Positions 18,208 to 26,786 of a stretch of DNA of 64,000 nucleotides are shown here, in pieces (position 1 is the stretch's first letter; each line of letters starts with the position of its first letter). The position numbers and the translations under genes are program-made. The DNA is from Parachlamydiales bacterium (GTDB lineage: Bacteria > Chlamydiota > Chlamydiia > Chlamydiales > SM23-39): positions 248,497 through 312,496 of the forward strand of contig JAIBBX010000003.1 in NCBI GenBank assembly GCA_019694475.1, written 5' to 3'. The notes beneath the pieces are model-generated. The model saw only the letters and a list, made by a program, of their open reading frames with translations, had not been told where the DNA came from and made no database searches.

Positions 18208-19882
18208 CTAAATAGACAAAATCCTCTATGGGAATGTGTATTTCTTGGTGTTTATTTGTATATTTTTCGCCTTTTGAGTCGAATTTGTTCCCATATTTAT
18301 CTAAATGATTACCGTTTTGAGTATATTCTATATAGGGGTTGTGTTGCCATACGTTTGGACTCTTTGGGTCTCCGGGCATAACACGCACGTTTGTGTGTCT
18401 ATTTTGGGGATGAAAATAGACCATTCCCCCATTTTTTTGAGAAAACTCAGCAATAAAGCTATCTGGCAATCCCTTAGGTCTTGGGAAAGTTTTATAACCC
18501 ATTTCATGAAGCGTTTTTCGAATTGTGGCTTCCGATAAATTTTGCCCTCTTAATGTTTTGATGTAGGCTTCGTTTTCCCTCATTTTCTTGAGTTCTGCGG
18601 AGTGCTTTTCTCCCCATTCCACAGCTTTTTCAATCACCTTGGTTTTCTGCCCGGGCGTGGAAAGGGTCTCGAGAGTTAACACAGCGTTTGCTTTACGGAT
18701 TTCCTGATAGGCTTTGGATGCACCGGCAAAGGCGATAACTTCAACCCCATTTTTTGCAATCAGATACCCGAGATATTCTCCCTTTTCTTTCAACGACAAA
18801 GAATCTGAGTCGTAAATGAGAGCTTTGAGTTTTGGAGAAACTGCTTCAACGATTTCAGGAAGGGAATGGGTTGAGACAAACTGGATGAAATTATTACATG
18901 CGTTGTACATTTCTTCGGATAACTTGATGCCTAATGGATCTGCAAACATCCAAAGAGTGGATCCCAATCCTTTGGCGGAGCTTAACAAGCCGGGGAAGAA
19001 TTCAGTTCCAAACTCTTTAAAGCCTTCCTTTGAGCCTGAATAGAACCCTGTTGCAAAGTCTATCCGAGAAGATTCAAGCGGCTTTGAATGAATTCCTGAA
19101 GAAAGAAAGTCTTGGATCGATTGTTCGAAATTCCCGGTTTCAAAATATACGACGGCTCGCTCTAGGAACGCCTCTTTGTTGTTTGGATTTTGAGAAAGCG
19201 ACTGATTCAACGCGGCAATGGCTTCATCATATAAACCTACTTGTGAATAGGCCATTCCTTCGATCAAATAATAGTCGAGGTTTTTCAAGGCGCTATCTTG
19301 AGTGCCAATCACTCTAGCAATGTCGTTGACCGATTCGAAGTACTTTCCTTGATCGTAATAGATCAACCCTCTTTGGTAAAACGCACCCGTGTCATTGTGG
19401 TTTTCTATGCAAAAAGTGTAAATTTCGTTACAGGCATTTGCAATATTATCAAATCCAGAGGACAAGATCCTGAGAGCAATTGGCTGTTCGGCTTGGGTTT
19501 TGATTAGGCATGCTTTTTTTCGATTGACTATCGGCTCATACCAAGCAATTTGTTCTAGTGCGTATTTTGACTCGTCTGCTTTCCATTTTGCGATGATTCG
19601 ATCCATTTCATCGATTTCTGCTGAAAGAGAAGAGTTAAATTCATTGTAGTTTTTTTCTGCGTATTCAATAAGATGCAAAAATTCATTTCGGTATTTTGAA
19701 TACGAGTAGCAGCAATATCCAAGTGAATAACGAGAAGGGAAAAAACATCCGTTTTCTCTTGCTTCGTCAATTGCTGTGCATGCAATTTGTGAAGGAATGC
19801 CGATACTAATTTCTTCCGTGCATGATCTGCAATAGGATACAAGCTGCAGAAATGGTAAGAAAAGAATCCAAAATTTAAACAT
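18194..19882 (-). CDS. Secreted TPR-repeat protein with a C-terminal toxin-like domain (unassigned family)
   Basis: Signal peptide MFKFWILFLPFLQLVSYC. TPR repeats run from ~GAFYQRGLIYYDQGKY to FETGNFEQSIQDF. The C-terminal ~130 aa read ...VRVMPGDPKSPNVWQHNPYIEYTQNGNHLDKYGN...HIPIEDF. Confidence 0.6.
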   Translation of the reverse strand: MFKFWILFLPFLQLVSYCRSCTEEISIGIPSQIACTAIDEARENGCFFPSRYSLGYCCYSYSKYRNEFLHLIEYAEKNYNEFNSSLSAEIDEMDRIIAKWKADESKYALEQIAWYEPIVNRKKACLIKTQAEQPIALRILSSGFDNIANACNEIYTFCIENHNDTGAFYQRGLIYYDQGKYFESVNDIARVIGTQDSALKNLDYYLIEGMAYSQVGLYDEAIAALNQSLSQNPNNKEAFLERAVVYFETGNFEQSIQDFLSSGIHSKPLESSRIDFATGFYSGSKEGFKEFGTEFFPGLLSSAKGLGSTLWMFADPLGIKLSEEMYNACNNFIQFVSTHSLPEIVEAVSPKLKALIYDSDSLSLKEKGEYLGYLIAKNGVEVIAFAGASKAYQEIRKANAVLTLETLSTPGQKTKVIEKAVEWGEKHSAELKKMRENEAYIKTLRGQNLSEATIRKTLHEMGYKTFPRPKGLPDSFIAEFSQKNGGMVYFHPQNRHTNVRVMPGDPKSPNVWQHNPYIEYTQNGNHLDKYGNKFDSKGEKYTNKHQEIHIPIEDFVYLDEWK

Positions 19883-19937
19883 GGGTGAATATATTTAAAA
19901 AATTTTTAGTTTGTTCGCAAGAGAATTTCTGACGTGT

Positions 19938-19969
19938 ACAAGGCAAAAGCTCCTATTCAAAAAAAAAGT
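19938..19969. repeat. Direct repeat copy 2
   Basis: acaaggcaaaagctcctattcaaaaaaaaagt, 56 nt upstream of the start of 18194..19882. Confidence 0.85.
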
Positions 19970-20004
19970 GACTGGTCTATGCTAAGAAAAAATTGAGGTT
20001 TGAT

Positions 20005-22713
20005 ATGAGATGGCTCCTTTATGCAATCGCTGTACCCTGTTTTTCTCTTCCGACGGGCGCCGTTTTTGTGCAGGGCCAAGGGGAACTTCGCTCTACGGAT
20101 CCGCTCCAGATGGAAGTCCAAGCAGCCGACCGTTCGATCATCCACTGGGAGGCGTTCGATGTTGCAGCTCCTGAGTCAGTTATCTTTTCTCTTCCCTCAG
20201 CAGATTGCGCGCTGCTCAATCGGGTGCTAGGAAATGCTAGGAGCGAAATTTTCGGTAAAATTTCCTCGAATGGGCAAATCATTCTCCTCAACCCGAATGG
20301 AATCTTCGTTGGTAAAGAAGCTTGCATCGACACCGCTGGCTGGATCGCAGCAACATTCGATCTTCAAGACAAAACATTTCTTCAGTCCAAGGAATGGCAA
20401 TTTGCAGGCTCTTCTCAGAAGCCAATAGAAATCGAAGGAACCATCCGTGCTCCAAAAATCTCACTTTTCGGGGACAATATCTCTCTTTCAGGATCGTTGA
20501 AAGGGGAATCGATCTTTGTCGGGGGAAGCCGTGAAGGAAAAGATGTTCTCATTCAGAATGCCTCTTTCGTGACGATTTCTCCAAGTGCAGAAATTGAGAC
20601 GATTCGGGATGGCCAGGCCATTTTCTTTTCGAAAGGCGATCTAGATTTCGGAGGACATGTCTATTCTCCAAATGGATTTGTTGAAGTTTCTGCGAAGCAA
20701 AATCTTGCATTCCATGGCCTTGTCGATACAGATAAAACAGGAACGCTCCTCCTCGATCCCAACCAGATCGATATCGTTTTAGGCGGCGCAGGGACCACTA
20801 TTCCGGCCCCGTTTGCTGCCTTTTATAATGGAAGCCCTGCTGTTAGCGCGACAGTGGCGAGCGCAGATCTGATCAACCAGCTGGGGCTCACGAATGTGAC
20901 CATCCAAACAAACAGCTCGATTCCTGGGGGCTCCGGAAATATCACTCTGCATCCAGGAGCTACGATTACTTGGGCTTCGGGAACCAATCTAACCCTGCAA
21001 GCCGATCAGTCAATTCTGATCTACGATTTGATCCACTCGACTGCACCCAACAGTCAAATTGCTCTGTTCGCAAACCAAGGGGATATTGTGATTACGAGCG
21101 ATTTCGGAGGATCGGGAGCTCAAGCACAAATCATCGTAGAAGAATTTCATCCCGTAGGTTTTCCATCCATTATTCTGCAAGCTCCAAACGGTTCGCTGAC
21201 AATGATCGCAGCAAACAATCTTGAAACCAAAGTCCGATCTAACGATCCCGCGAGTTCTGGAGATATACATATAGCAGCCCAATCGCTTAATTTCACAGCT
21301 GCTGCTGCACTTGCTGCAGATGCGAATGCGGGAATTCAAAACGGGAGAGGAGATATCTATGTAAATGTGACAGGGCCATTGAATTTTACTTCAGGCACAG
21401 GAAACGCCCCGAATCAGGCAAACGCGAATATTGTAACTGGTCTTTCAGGCATGGTCCCGACCGGCGGCAATCTTTACTTCTCTGTTGGTTCTTTGAACTT
21501 TAATTCATCTTCATCCATTACAGGCGTTCAAGGGGCTGCTTCTTTAACTGCATATGGAAGCAGCATGGGGGCAGGGTTTGGGAATGTTACGGGAACCGTT
21601 TTTGGAGATGCTTTATTTCAGAGCGGATATCCGATTGCAAACGGGAGCGGGATCTCCTCATTATTCAGCGGAAATATCGATGTGGCGATTCGAGGGAATC
21701 TAACCATGATTTCTAATTCAGGTCCATCGATCGCTTTTTGCGGTACGGGCATCCAGACTTTATTCACTCTGTCAGGAGCGACTGCTGATGTGAATGTTGC
21801 AATCGGGGGGAATTTAATCGCGATCTCGGGTGGAGGAATGGACTCGGGCGCGGGCTTTGGGGCAACCGGAAACTTATCAGTTGCTGTTGCCGGATCAGCG
21901 ATTTTCCAAGTCACGAACGGAACTGCCGGCGGTCAATCAGGAAATGTGATCTTTTCCCGTGCTGGTTCCGTAGATTTTGCAGCTCGCACGGTTTCATTTA
22001 TCGGCAACAACGGAACCCCTTTGCCAGTGGTTATTCAAGCTCAAAACAACATCACTTTTGCAACGATAGGGGATTTAACTCTCAACTTTGGGTCGTTAAT
22101 TGCCACTACTGGCAATATTACGCTTAGATCCGGCGGATCGATCCATCTGCAAACGGGCACATCTTTGCAGGCAAACCAGCAAATTTTGGCAATCGCTGAC
22201 CGCAATATCGAAATGCTGAATAGCTCTGCCAATTCAACAACGGACCGGATTATCTTCGTCGTGGACAATGCATTCCCTGTAAAACCACTCATAGGATCTG
22301 GCGCTTTCATTACCAACCCATCCACCTTAACGGCCCCGCTCGGCATCTCTATCTACACAGCGCAAAGGGCCAGAAACTCCATCCAAAGCACAACGTTTAA
22401 TGGCGCCACTTTTGTGCCAGGAACGCTCTTTGTCAATACAACTGAAGAGATTTGGTGCACTTACTATCCGAATGGGCTTACAACGTTTCCATTCACGATT
22501 TTCTACAAAGATTGCGAGAATCTTGTCGCCTACCAAGCGAATCTAATCGGATCGGAACTTTTCCGGGATCTGCATCCATACGATGAAGCTTGGGGCTGGT
22601 ACGAGCGGTTTACTCTCGCTGATGATGAGCGTACTGAACCTCATATGATCCGCCGCCGCAACCTCATGTTCGATCTGCCCAAGAGCTGGACAAAGATCGT
22701 CAATCATCCCTGA
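20005..22713 (+). CDS. TPS-domain (filamentous haemagglutinin N-terminal) beta-helical exoprotein, TpsA-like
   Basis: HWEAFDV...LLNRVLGNARSEIFGKISSNGQIILLNPNGIFVG is the haemagg_act/TPS signature with NPNGI. G/S/N/T-rich beta-helix repeats follow. ATG at 20005 with GAGG SD (the track TTG is at 19993). Confidence 0.85.
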   Translation: MRWLLYAIAVPCFSLPTGAVFVQGQGELRSTDPLQMEVQAADRSIIHWEAFDVAAPESVIFSLPSADCALLNRVLGNARSEIFGKISSNGQIILLNPNGIFVGKEACIDTAGWIAATFDLQDKTFLQSKEWQFAGSSQKPIEIEGTIRAPKISLFGDNISLSGSLKGESIFVGGSREGKDVLIQNASFVTISPSAEIETIRDGQAIFFSKGDLDFGGHVYSPNGFVEVSAKQNLAFHGLVDTDKTGTLLLDPNQIDIVLGGAGTTIPAPFAAFYNGSPAVSATVASADLINQLGLTNVTIQTNSSIPGGSGNITLHPGATITWASGTNLTLQADQSILIYDLIHSTAPNSQIALFANQGDIVITSDFGGSGAQAQIIVEEFHPVGFPSIILQAPNGSLTMIAANNLETKVRSNDPASSGDIHIAAQSLNFTAAAALAADANAGIQNGRGDIYVNVTGPLNFTSGTGNAPNQANANIVTGLSGMVPTGGNLYFSVGSLNFNSSSSITGVQGAASLTAYGSSMGAGFGNVTGTVFGDALFQSGYPIANGSGISSLFSGNIDVAIRGNLTMISNSGPSIAFCGTGIQTLFTLSGATADVNVAIGGNLIAISGGGMDSGAGFGATGNLSVAVAGSAIFQVTNGTAGGQSGNVIFSRAGSVDFAARTVSFIGNNGTPLPVVIQAQNNITFATIGDLTLNFGSLIATTGNITLRSGGSIHLQTGTSLQANQQILAIADRNIEMLNSSANSTTDRIIFVVDNAFPVKPLIGSGAFITNPSTLTAPLGISIYTAQRARNSIQSTTFNGATFVPGTLFVNTTEEIWCTYYPNGLTTFPFTIFYKDCENLVAYQANLIGSELFRDLHPYDEAWGWYERFTLADDERTEPHMIRRRNLMFDLPKSWTKIVNHP

Positions 22714-22744
22714 GCTGCTTATTCAGGTATTAAAGAAGAACCGA

Positions 22745-22797
22745 GGGTGGGGAAGGATCGCTTGTAGACGGAGATCCTTCACCCAAGAATATTTTTT
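22745..22797 (+). terminator. Hairpin plus T-run between convergent genes
   Basis: gggtggggaaggatc...gatccttcaccc followed by attttttaa. Confidence 0.45.
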
Positions 22798-23074
22798 AAG
22801 GTTCTTGACTTTCCTTTTTGGGAAATAACTGTCTTGCTACAAGCGAGCTGATTGGTTGACTGGGTCGAACATTTACATGAGGCGGAGTAGTAAATTCTAG
22901 ACGGTCTACAGCAACTTGTTGGAGCATTTGCAGAATTCCTGCTACATTGGGAATGGGCGCGGCTTGATCAATAGCTGCATTCGGGAATGGTAAGGGCGGA
23001 GGTAGGGCTAGATCCTCCATATCTTGGGCGAATGCGGGAGGTTCTTGGGGGCCGCCCATACGATGTACACTCAT
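22796..23074 (-). CDS. Hypothetical proline-rich protein
   Basis: 92-aa ORF with LALPPPLPFP. It shares an AT-rich divergent promoter region with 23337. No recognisable family. Confidence 0.4.
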   Translation of the reverse strand: MSVHRMGGPQEPPAFAQDMEDLALPPPLPFPNAAIDQAAPIPNVAGILQMLQQVAVDRLEFTTPPHVNVRPSQPISSLVARQLFPKKESQEP

Positions 23075-23336
23075 ATATCTCCAATAATTTGTTGTTGATT
23101 CGTGATATTATAGTTAATATTAACGCAAAAAGCTATATTCATAATTTATTTAATTAATGTTAAAGATTCGATTTATTTTGGTTTAATTATGGTTAAAAGC
23201 GTCCGGTAGCGTCCAATTTTTGAGTTGATTTGCGTGTAAAGGCTGACAGGAATAAATCTTTTTATATAATTAATAATTTTTTTATTTGTTTTATGTCTTA
23301 TTATTATATTATTTAGTCTGAACAGGAGATAAATAT

Positions 23337-23705
23337 ATGGCAGCAATAACCCCAAGAAATATTCACGAACAATTAGATTGTCTATGTGACGAGGCCCGTT
23401 GGCTACATGTTAAAGCTGAAAATCGAAATGTCGGTGTTGTAGAAGCAATGGATCAGATTGAGTCAATTGCAGAGAGAGCCACGAAACTCTTTGCGAGCAG
23501 AGAGCCCCTTGATCCACAGCAGAAATATAGTGTGGAATCTCAAGTTAAGCAAGTAAGAAAGGTGATTGTTGAGCGTGCCGGTAGAGAATATAATCAAGCT
23601 CTATCTTTTCAGAAGGATGTGAACTCTGATGCAGCTAAATCGGCAGTAGCAAAAGCATATAGTATATATGAGCGGGCGCGCACAAACTGTTCAAAAGAAC
23701 TTTAA
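23337..23705 (+). CDS. Hypothetical helical protein
   Basis: 122-aa ORF with AGGAG SD ~7 nt upstream and a very AT-rich upstream region. Confidence 0.55.
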   Translation: MAAITPRNIHEQLDCLCDEARWLHVKAENRNVGVVEAMDQIESIAERATKLFASREPLDPQQKYSVESQVKQVRKVIVERAGREYNQALSFQKDVNSDAAKSAVAKAYSIYERARTNCSKEL

Positions 23706-23768
23706 TTTTTCAGCGAGAGCAATTCTGAGTGTCTTCCCAATAAAATCCCCATGGTGTATGGGGAAGTT

Positions 23769-24398
23769 ATGGAACGGAAGAAAGCTCTTCTTGTAGGTAC
23801 GCTCGCGATCGCTTTGTCTATTTTTAGCATGGCCTCTCTTTATCAGACGGTTAGGCGAAGCGCTCCTGTTGCTATGAGAACGGCAGGATTTCCGAGCATG
23901 GGCAAAAGCTCCGCGCCTGTAGAAGTGGTTCTTATTGAAGATTTTCAGTGTAAAAACTGCAGAGCTTTCAGTAAAAAAATATTGCCCAAGCTGCAAAAGC
24001 AGTATGTAAAAGAGGGCAAGATCCGATTTACCTTGGTGCCGGTTTCCTTTCTGGCTGGCTCTCAATCGATTGCTAATGCTCTCATGGAAGTTTATCATCA
24101 AAATCCAAAGCTGTTCTTTTCCTATTTGAAAGAGATCTTGAACTACGAGGAAGAACTGAAGCTGGATGAGTTGCTCCGCCTTGCCCGCAGATTGAATGGA
24201 ATCAATCTGGATAAATTGGAAAAGTGCATTCAAAGGCAGTGCCATAATGACGAGCTGCAAAAGAATCTGTCTTGGGCGCAAGGGATTATGGGCAGCCAAT
24301 TCCGCACGCCGGCCCTTTATGTGAATGGCGCTGTGGGTTCGACCTATTCGTTTGAAGCGATTCAATATCAAATCGATCAGATCTTGGGGAACAAATGA
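23769..24398 (+). CDS. DsbA-like thiol:disulfide oxidoreductase (membrane-anchored)
   Basis: Thioredoxin-fold CxxC (FQCKNCRAF) and an N-terminal TM segment. The track start is 23751. Confidence 0.8.
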   Translation: MERKKALLVGTLAIALSIFSMASLYQTVRRSAPVAMRTAGFPSMGKSSAPVEVVLIEDFQCKNCRAFSKKILPKLQKQYVKEGKIRFTLVPVSFLAGSQSIANALMEVYHQNPKLFFSYLKEILNYEEELKLDELLRLARRLNGINLDKLEKCIQRQCHNDELQKNLSWAQGIMGSQFRTPALYVNGAVGSTYSFEAIQYQIDQILGNK

Positions 24399-24781
24399 AG
24401 TGGATTCAGAAAAATGCCCTCTATCTTGCTTGGGTGATCGCATTGGTTGGGATGCTAGGGAGCATTTTTTATGGGGAAGTACTCCGTTTTGAGCCTTGCA
24501 GGCTTTGCTGGTATCAGCGGATCGCCATGTTCCCGCTCGTTCTTTTTTTAGGCATCGCGTTCTATAAAGAAGAGCCCAAAATGGCCCGTTGCTGTCTGCC
24601 GCTCATCGCGATCGGCGCATTTTTTTCTTTCTATCAATCGGTCAGTCAAATCTTTCCAGCGATCCAAATTGCAAGTCTTTGCAGCGAATCGGCTCCTTGC
24701 ACGACTGCGGGAATGGCCCCTTTTTTAAGTTTTTTTGCATTCCTCAGCATGGGACTGCTTATTCACAAGAATAGATTTTAG
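24395..24781 (+). CDS. dsbB: Disulfide bond formation protein B (BdbC/DsbB family)
   Basis: CRLCWYQRIAMFP motif, 4 TM segments, and a 4-nt overlap with the DsbA-like gene. Confidence 0.8.
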   Translation: MKWIQKNALYLAWVIALVGMLGSIFYGEVLRFEPCRLCWYQRIAMFPLVLFLGIAFYKEEPKMARCCLPLIAIGAFFSFYQSVSQIFPAIQIASLCSESAPCTTAGMAPFLSFFAFLSMGLLIHKNRF

Positions 24782-24831
24782 AAAAATCAGAAAAAGCGTA
24801 CGCTGTTTTCTCAACCAATTTGAGGTTTTGT

Positions 24832-25443
24832 ATGGCAAAACTCTATTTTCGTCATGGGACAGTGGGAAGCGCGAAAACGTTGAACTTACTTGCGGTCGCT
24901 CATAACTACAGGCAGCAGGGAAAAAAAATTATTTTGATGAAACCCGATCTCGATACCCGGTTTGGCAAGGAGCGAATTAAATCGCGGGCAGGCCTTGAAA
25001 TGGATGCCGATGCGCTCATCTCCGATGAAACTTCATTGCGGGGGATCGATTATTCAGGGATTAGCTGTATTCTCGTCGATGAAGTGCAATTCATGTCTGC
25101 AAAAGTCATCGAGGAGCTAAGAAGAATTGCCCTTGACTACGATATTCCGGTGCTTTGCTACGGCCTCAGAACCGATTTCAAATCGCGTCTTTTCGAAGGA
25201 TCTCAGCGCCTGTTAGAGCTTGCCGATTCGATCGAAGAGGTGAAAGCGACATGCCACTATTGCAATCGCAAGTCGATCATGAACCTAAAACATGTCAATG
25301 GACTTGCTACAAATGAAGGCCCTTCCGTCGAATTGGGATGCGAAGAGAAATATTATCCCACCTGCTACAAGTGCTACCGCAGAGAATTGGATAAAGCCCG
25401 CATCGCAAGAATGCAAACAACGACCTGCGGCTGCAAGCATTGA
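24832..25443 (+). CDS. tdk: Thymidine kinase
   Basis: P-loop variant GTVGSAKT, VDEVQF, and a C-terminal Zn ribbon CHYCN...CYKCY. ATG at 24832 with GAGG SD. Confidence 0.85.
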   Translation: MAKLYFRHGTVGSAKTLNLLAVAHNYRQQGKKIILMKPDLDTRFGKERIKSRAGLEMDADALISDETSLRGIDYSGISCILVDEVQFMSAKVIEELRRIALDYDIPVLCYGLRTDFKSRLFEGSQRLLELADSIEEVKATCHYCNRKSIMNLKHVNGLATNEGPSVELGCEEKYYPTCYKCYRRELDKARIARMQTTTCGCKH

Positions 25444-25509
25444 GACTCTCTTAGTTACTTGACATGCAACTGAAGTCACTCTATTCTTATATTTTTATAA
25501 AGAGGGTTT

Positions 25510-25635
25510 ATGACGAAAGAAGTAGTAAAGCATCGCAAAGAAGAAAAGAAAAAAGCAGTATTGACGCCAAAAGAGAAAAAAGCAAAGAAGCAAGAAAAAA
25601 AGCTGAATAAAGCCGGGAAATCCTCGGGGGGATAA
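25510..25635 (+). CDS. Possible small lysine-rich protein (41 aa)
   Basis: AGAGGG SD 5 nt upstream. Translation is MTKEVVKHRKEEKKKAVLTPKEKKAKKQEKKLNKAGKSSGG. Below the ORF-track cutoff. Confidence 0.35.
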   Translation: MTKEVVKHRKEEKKKAVLTPKEKKAKKQEKKLNKAGKSSGG

Positions 25636-25642
25636 AAAGTCT

Positions 25643-25742
25643 CGCCAGTGTATTCATCGAGCAGGCCGTTCAGTAGAACGGCCCAGAATATGATGGGCGA
25701 TGTAGATCGCTTTAACCGAAGCGAGGCCTAGGTCGGGTTCTC
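25643..25742 (-). pseudogene. Degenerate duplicate of the 3' end of the DTW-domain gene
   Basis: ~80% identical to 26821..26920. It encodes LGLASVKAIYIAHHILGRSTE, followed by a 1-nt insertion and a premature stop. Confidence 0.8.
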
Positions 25743-25756
25743 CCTGACGCAAAAAC

Positions 25757-26737
25757 TCAATTTCCCTTGCCGGATTGATCTTTTCCGTAGAGCATAACGC
25801 TTAATTTTTCGAAGAAAGAGGTCGTCGTTTCTCCATTGATGAGCGTTTTTCCAATAGGGTCCCAATCAAAGACATAACCTTCTTTATAGTGGGTTTCTAA
25901 ACCATTTGAGTATGGGCCTACTCGAGGATCAATAAACACAACCGTAGAGGTGCGCATTTTTTCTTTCTGAGTTGTTACTCGATGTTCGCAAGCCGACACT
26001 CCGGGTAATAGTTTTTCCATCACGTACCCGAAGTTAACGATAAGATATCCATCTTCGATATAAAGGCTTCTCCACTCGCCATCGATTTTAGCTTCCAAGC
26101 CCGGGTCGGTTACATCAAGAATCGAAACAAGGCCCCAATCTTTGTGCGCGCCGACGCCAAAAGGTTTTGTCCCAAGTTTTGGGTCATAGCAATTGAACAA
26201 CAAGAAAAGTGAGCCTTTGTCGTGGGAAGCTCCGGCGGTAGCATCGAACCAAAGATTTTCTGGCAGCTCATGCCATTTCAGAATGCTCCTTATCACCTGG
26301 ATCCCTATTTCATTCATTTGGGAACCCAACTTTTGAAGTTCAGGAGAGTAATTGGGAGGACCTTCAGCTTCCCGCAGATTCACATAGCACTTATTCCAGT
26401 GGTCTCTTTCCAAGGTGAAACGCACTGTTTGAGCGACTTCGCTATGGAGATAGCCGTTAACGACATCTAGCACTCCGAATTGATTATAACGGGGGTTCGA
26501 AGTAAAGGTTTTGGCGAAAGTGCGGCCTGATTCTAGATCGAGTTCCTCTGGTGCTTTGATACGGAAAAAGCCCGCTTTCATAGCTTCTCGGAAATCATCA
26601 TCAGATTCGAAAGCAACCTCTCCATTGACCATTGATACAGTGACCATGTGATAAATGGGGGCACTTTCTTCAGAGGCAACTTTGAAAGGCGAGCAGATAG
26701 CCGCACAAAAAGCGAATAGTCCAATCATGTATTTCAT
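25757..26737 (-). CDS. 2OG-Fe(II) oxygenase superfamily protein with signal peptide
   Basis: HxD facial triad GAHKDWG, distal His ACEHRV, and Arg RTSTVVF. Signal peptide MKYMIGLFAFCAAICSPFKVAS. Confidence 0.75.
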   Translation of the reverse strand: MKYMIGLFAFCAAICSPFKVASEESAPIYHMVTVSMVNGEVAFESDDDFREAMKAGFFRIKAPEELDLESGRTFAKTFTSNPRYNQFGVLDVVNGYLHSEVAQTVRFTLERDHWNKCYVNLREAEGPPNYSPELQKLGSQMNEIGIQVIRSILKWHELPENLWFDATAGASHDKGSLFLLFNCYDPKLGTKPFGVGAHKDWGLVSILDVTDPGLEAKIDGEWRSLYIEDGYLIVNFGYVMEKLLPGVSACEHRVTTQKEKMRTSTVVFIDPRVGPYSNGLETHYKEGYVFDWDPIGKTLINGETTTSFFEKLSVMLYGKDQSGKGN

Positions 26738-26786
26738 ATTTATAAAGTCCTTTGAAAGGGGGGAACTTTATCAGTATTTTTATATT

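Noticed and set aside
23691-24443. 250-aa minus-strand ORF.
   Set aside because: It is antisense to the DsbA-like and DsbB genes, which carry clear CxxC motifs. Its translation is low-complexity with no motif.
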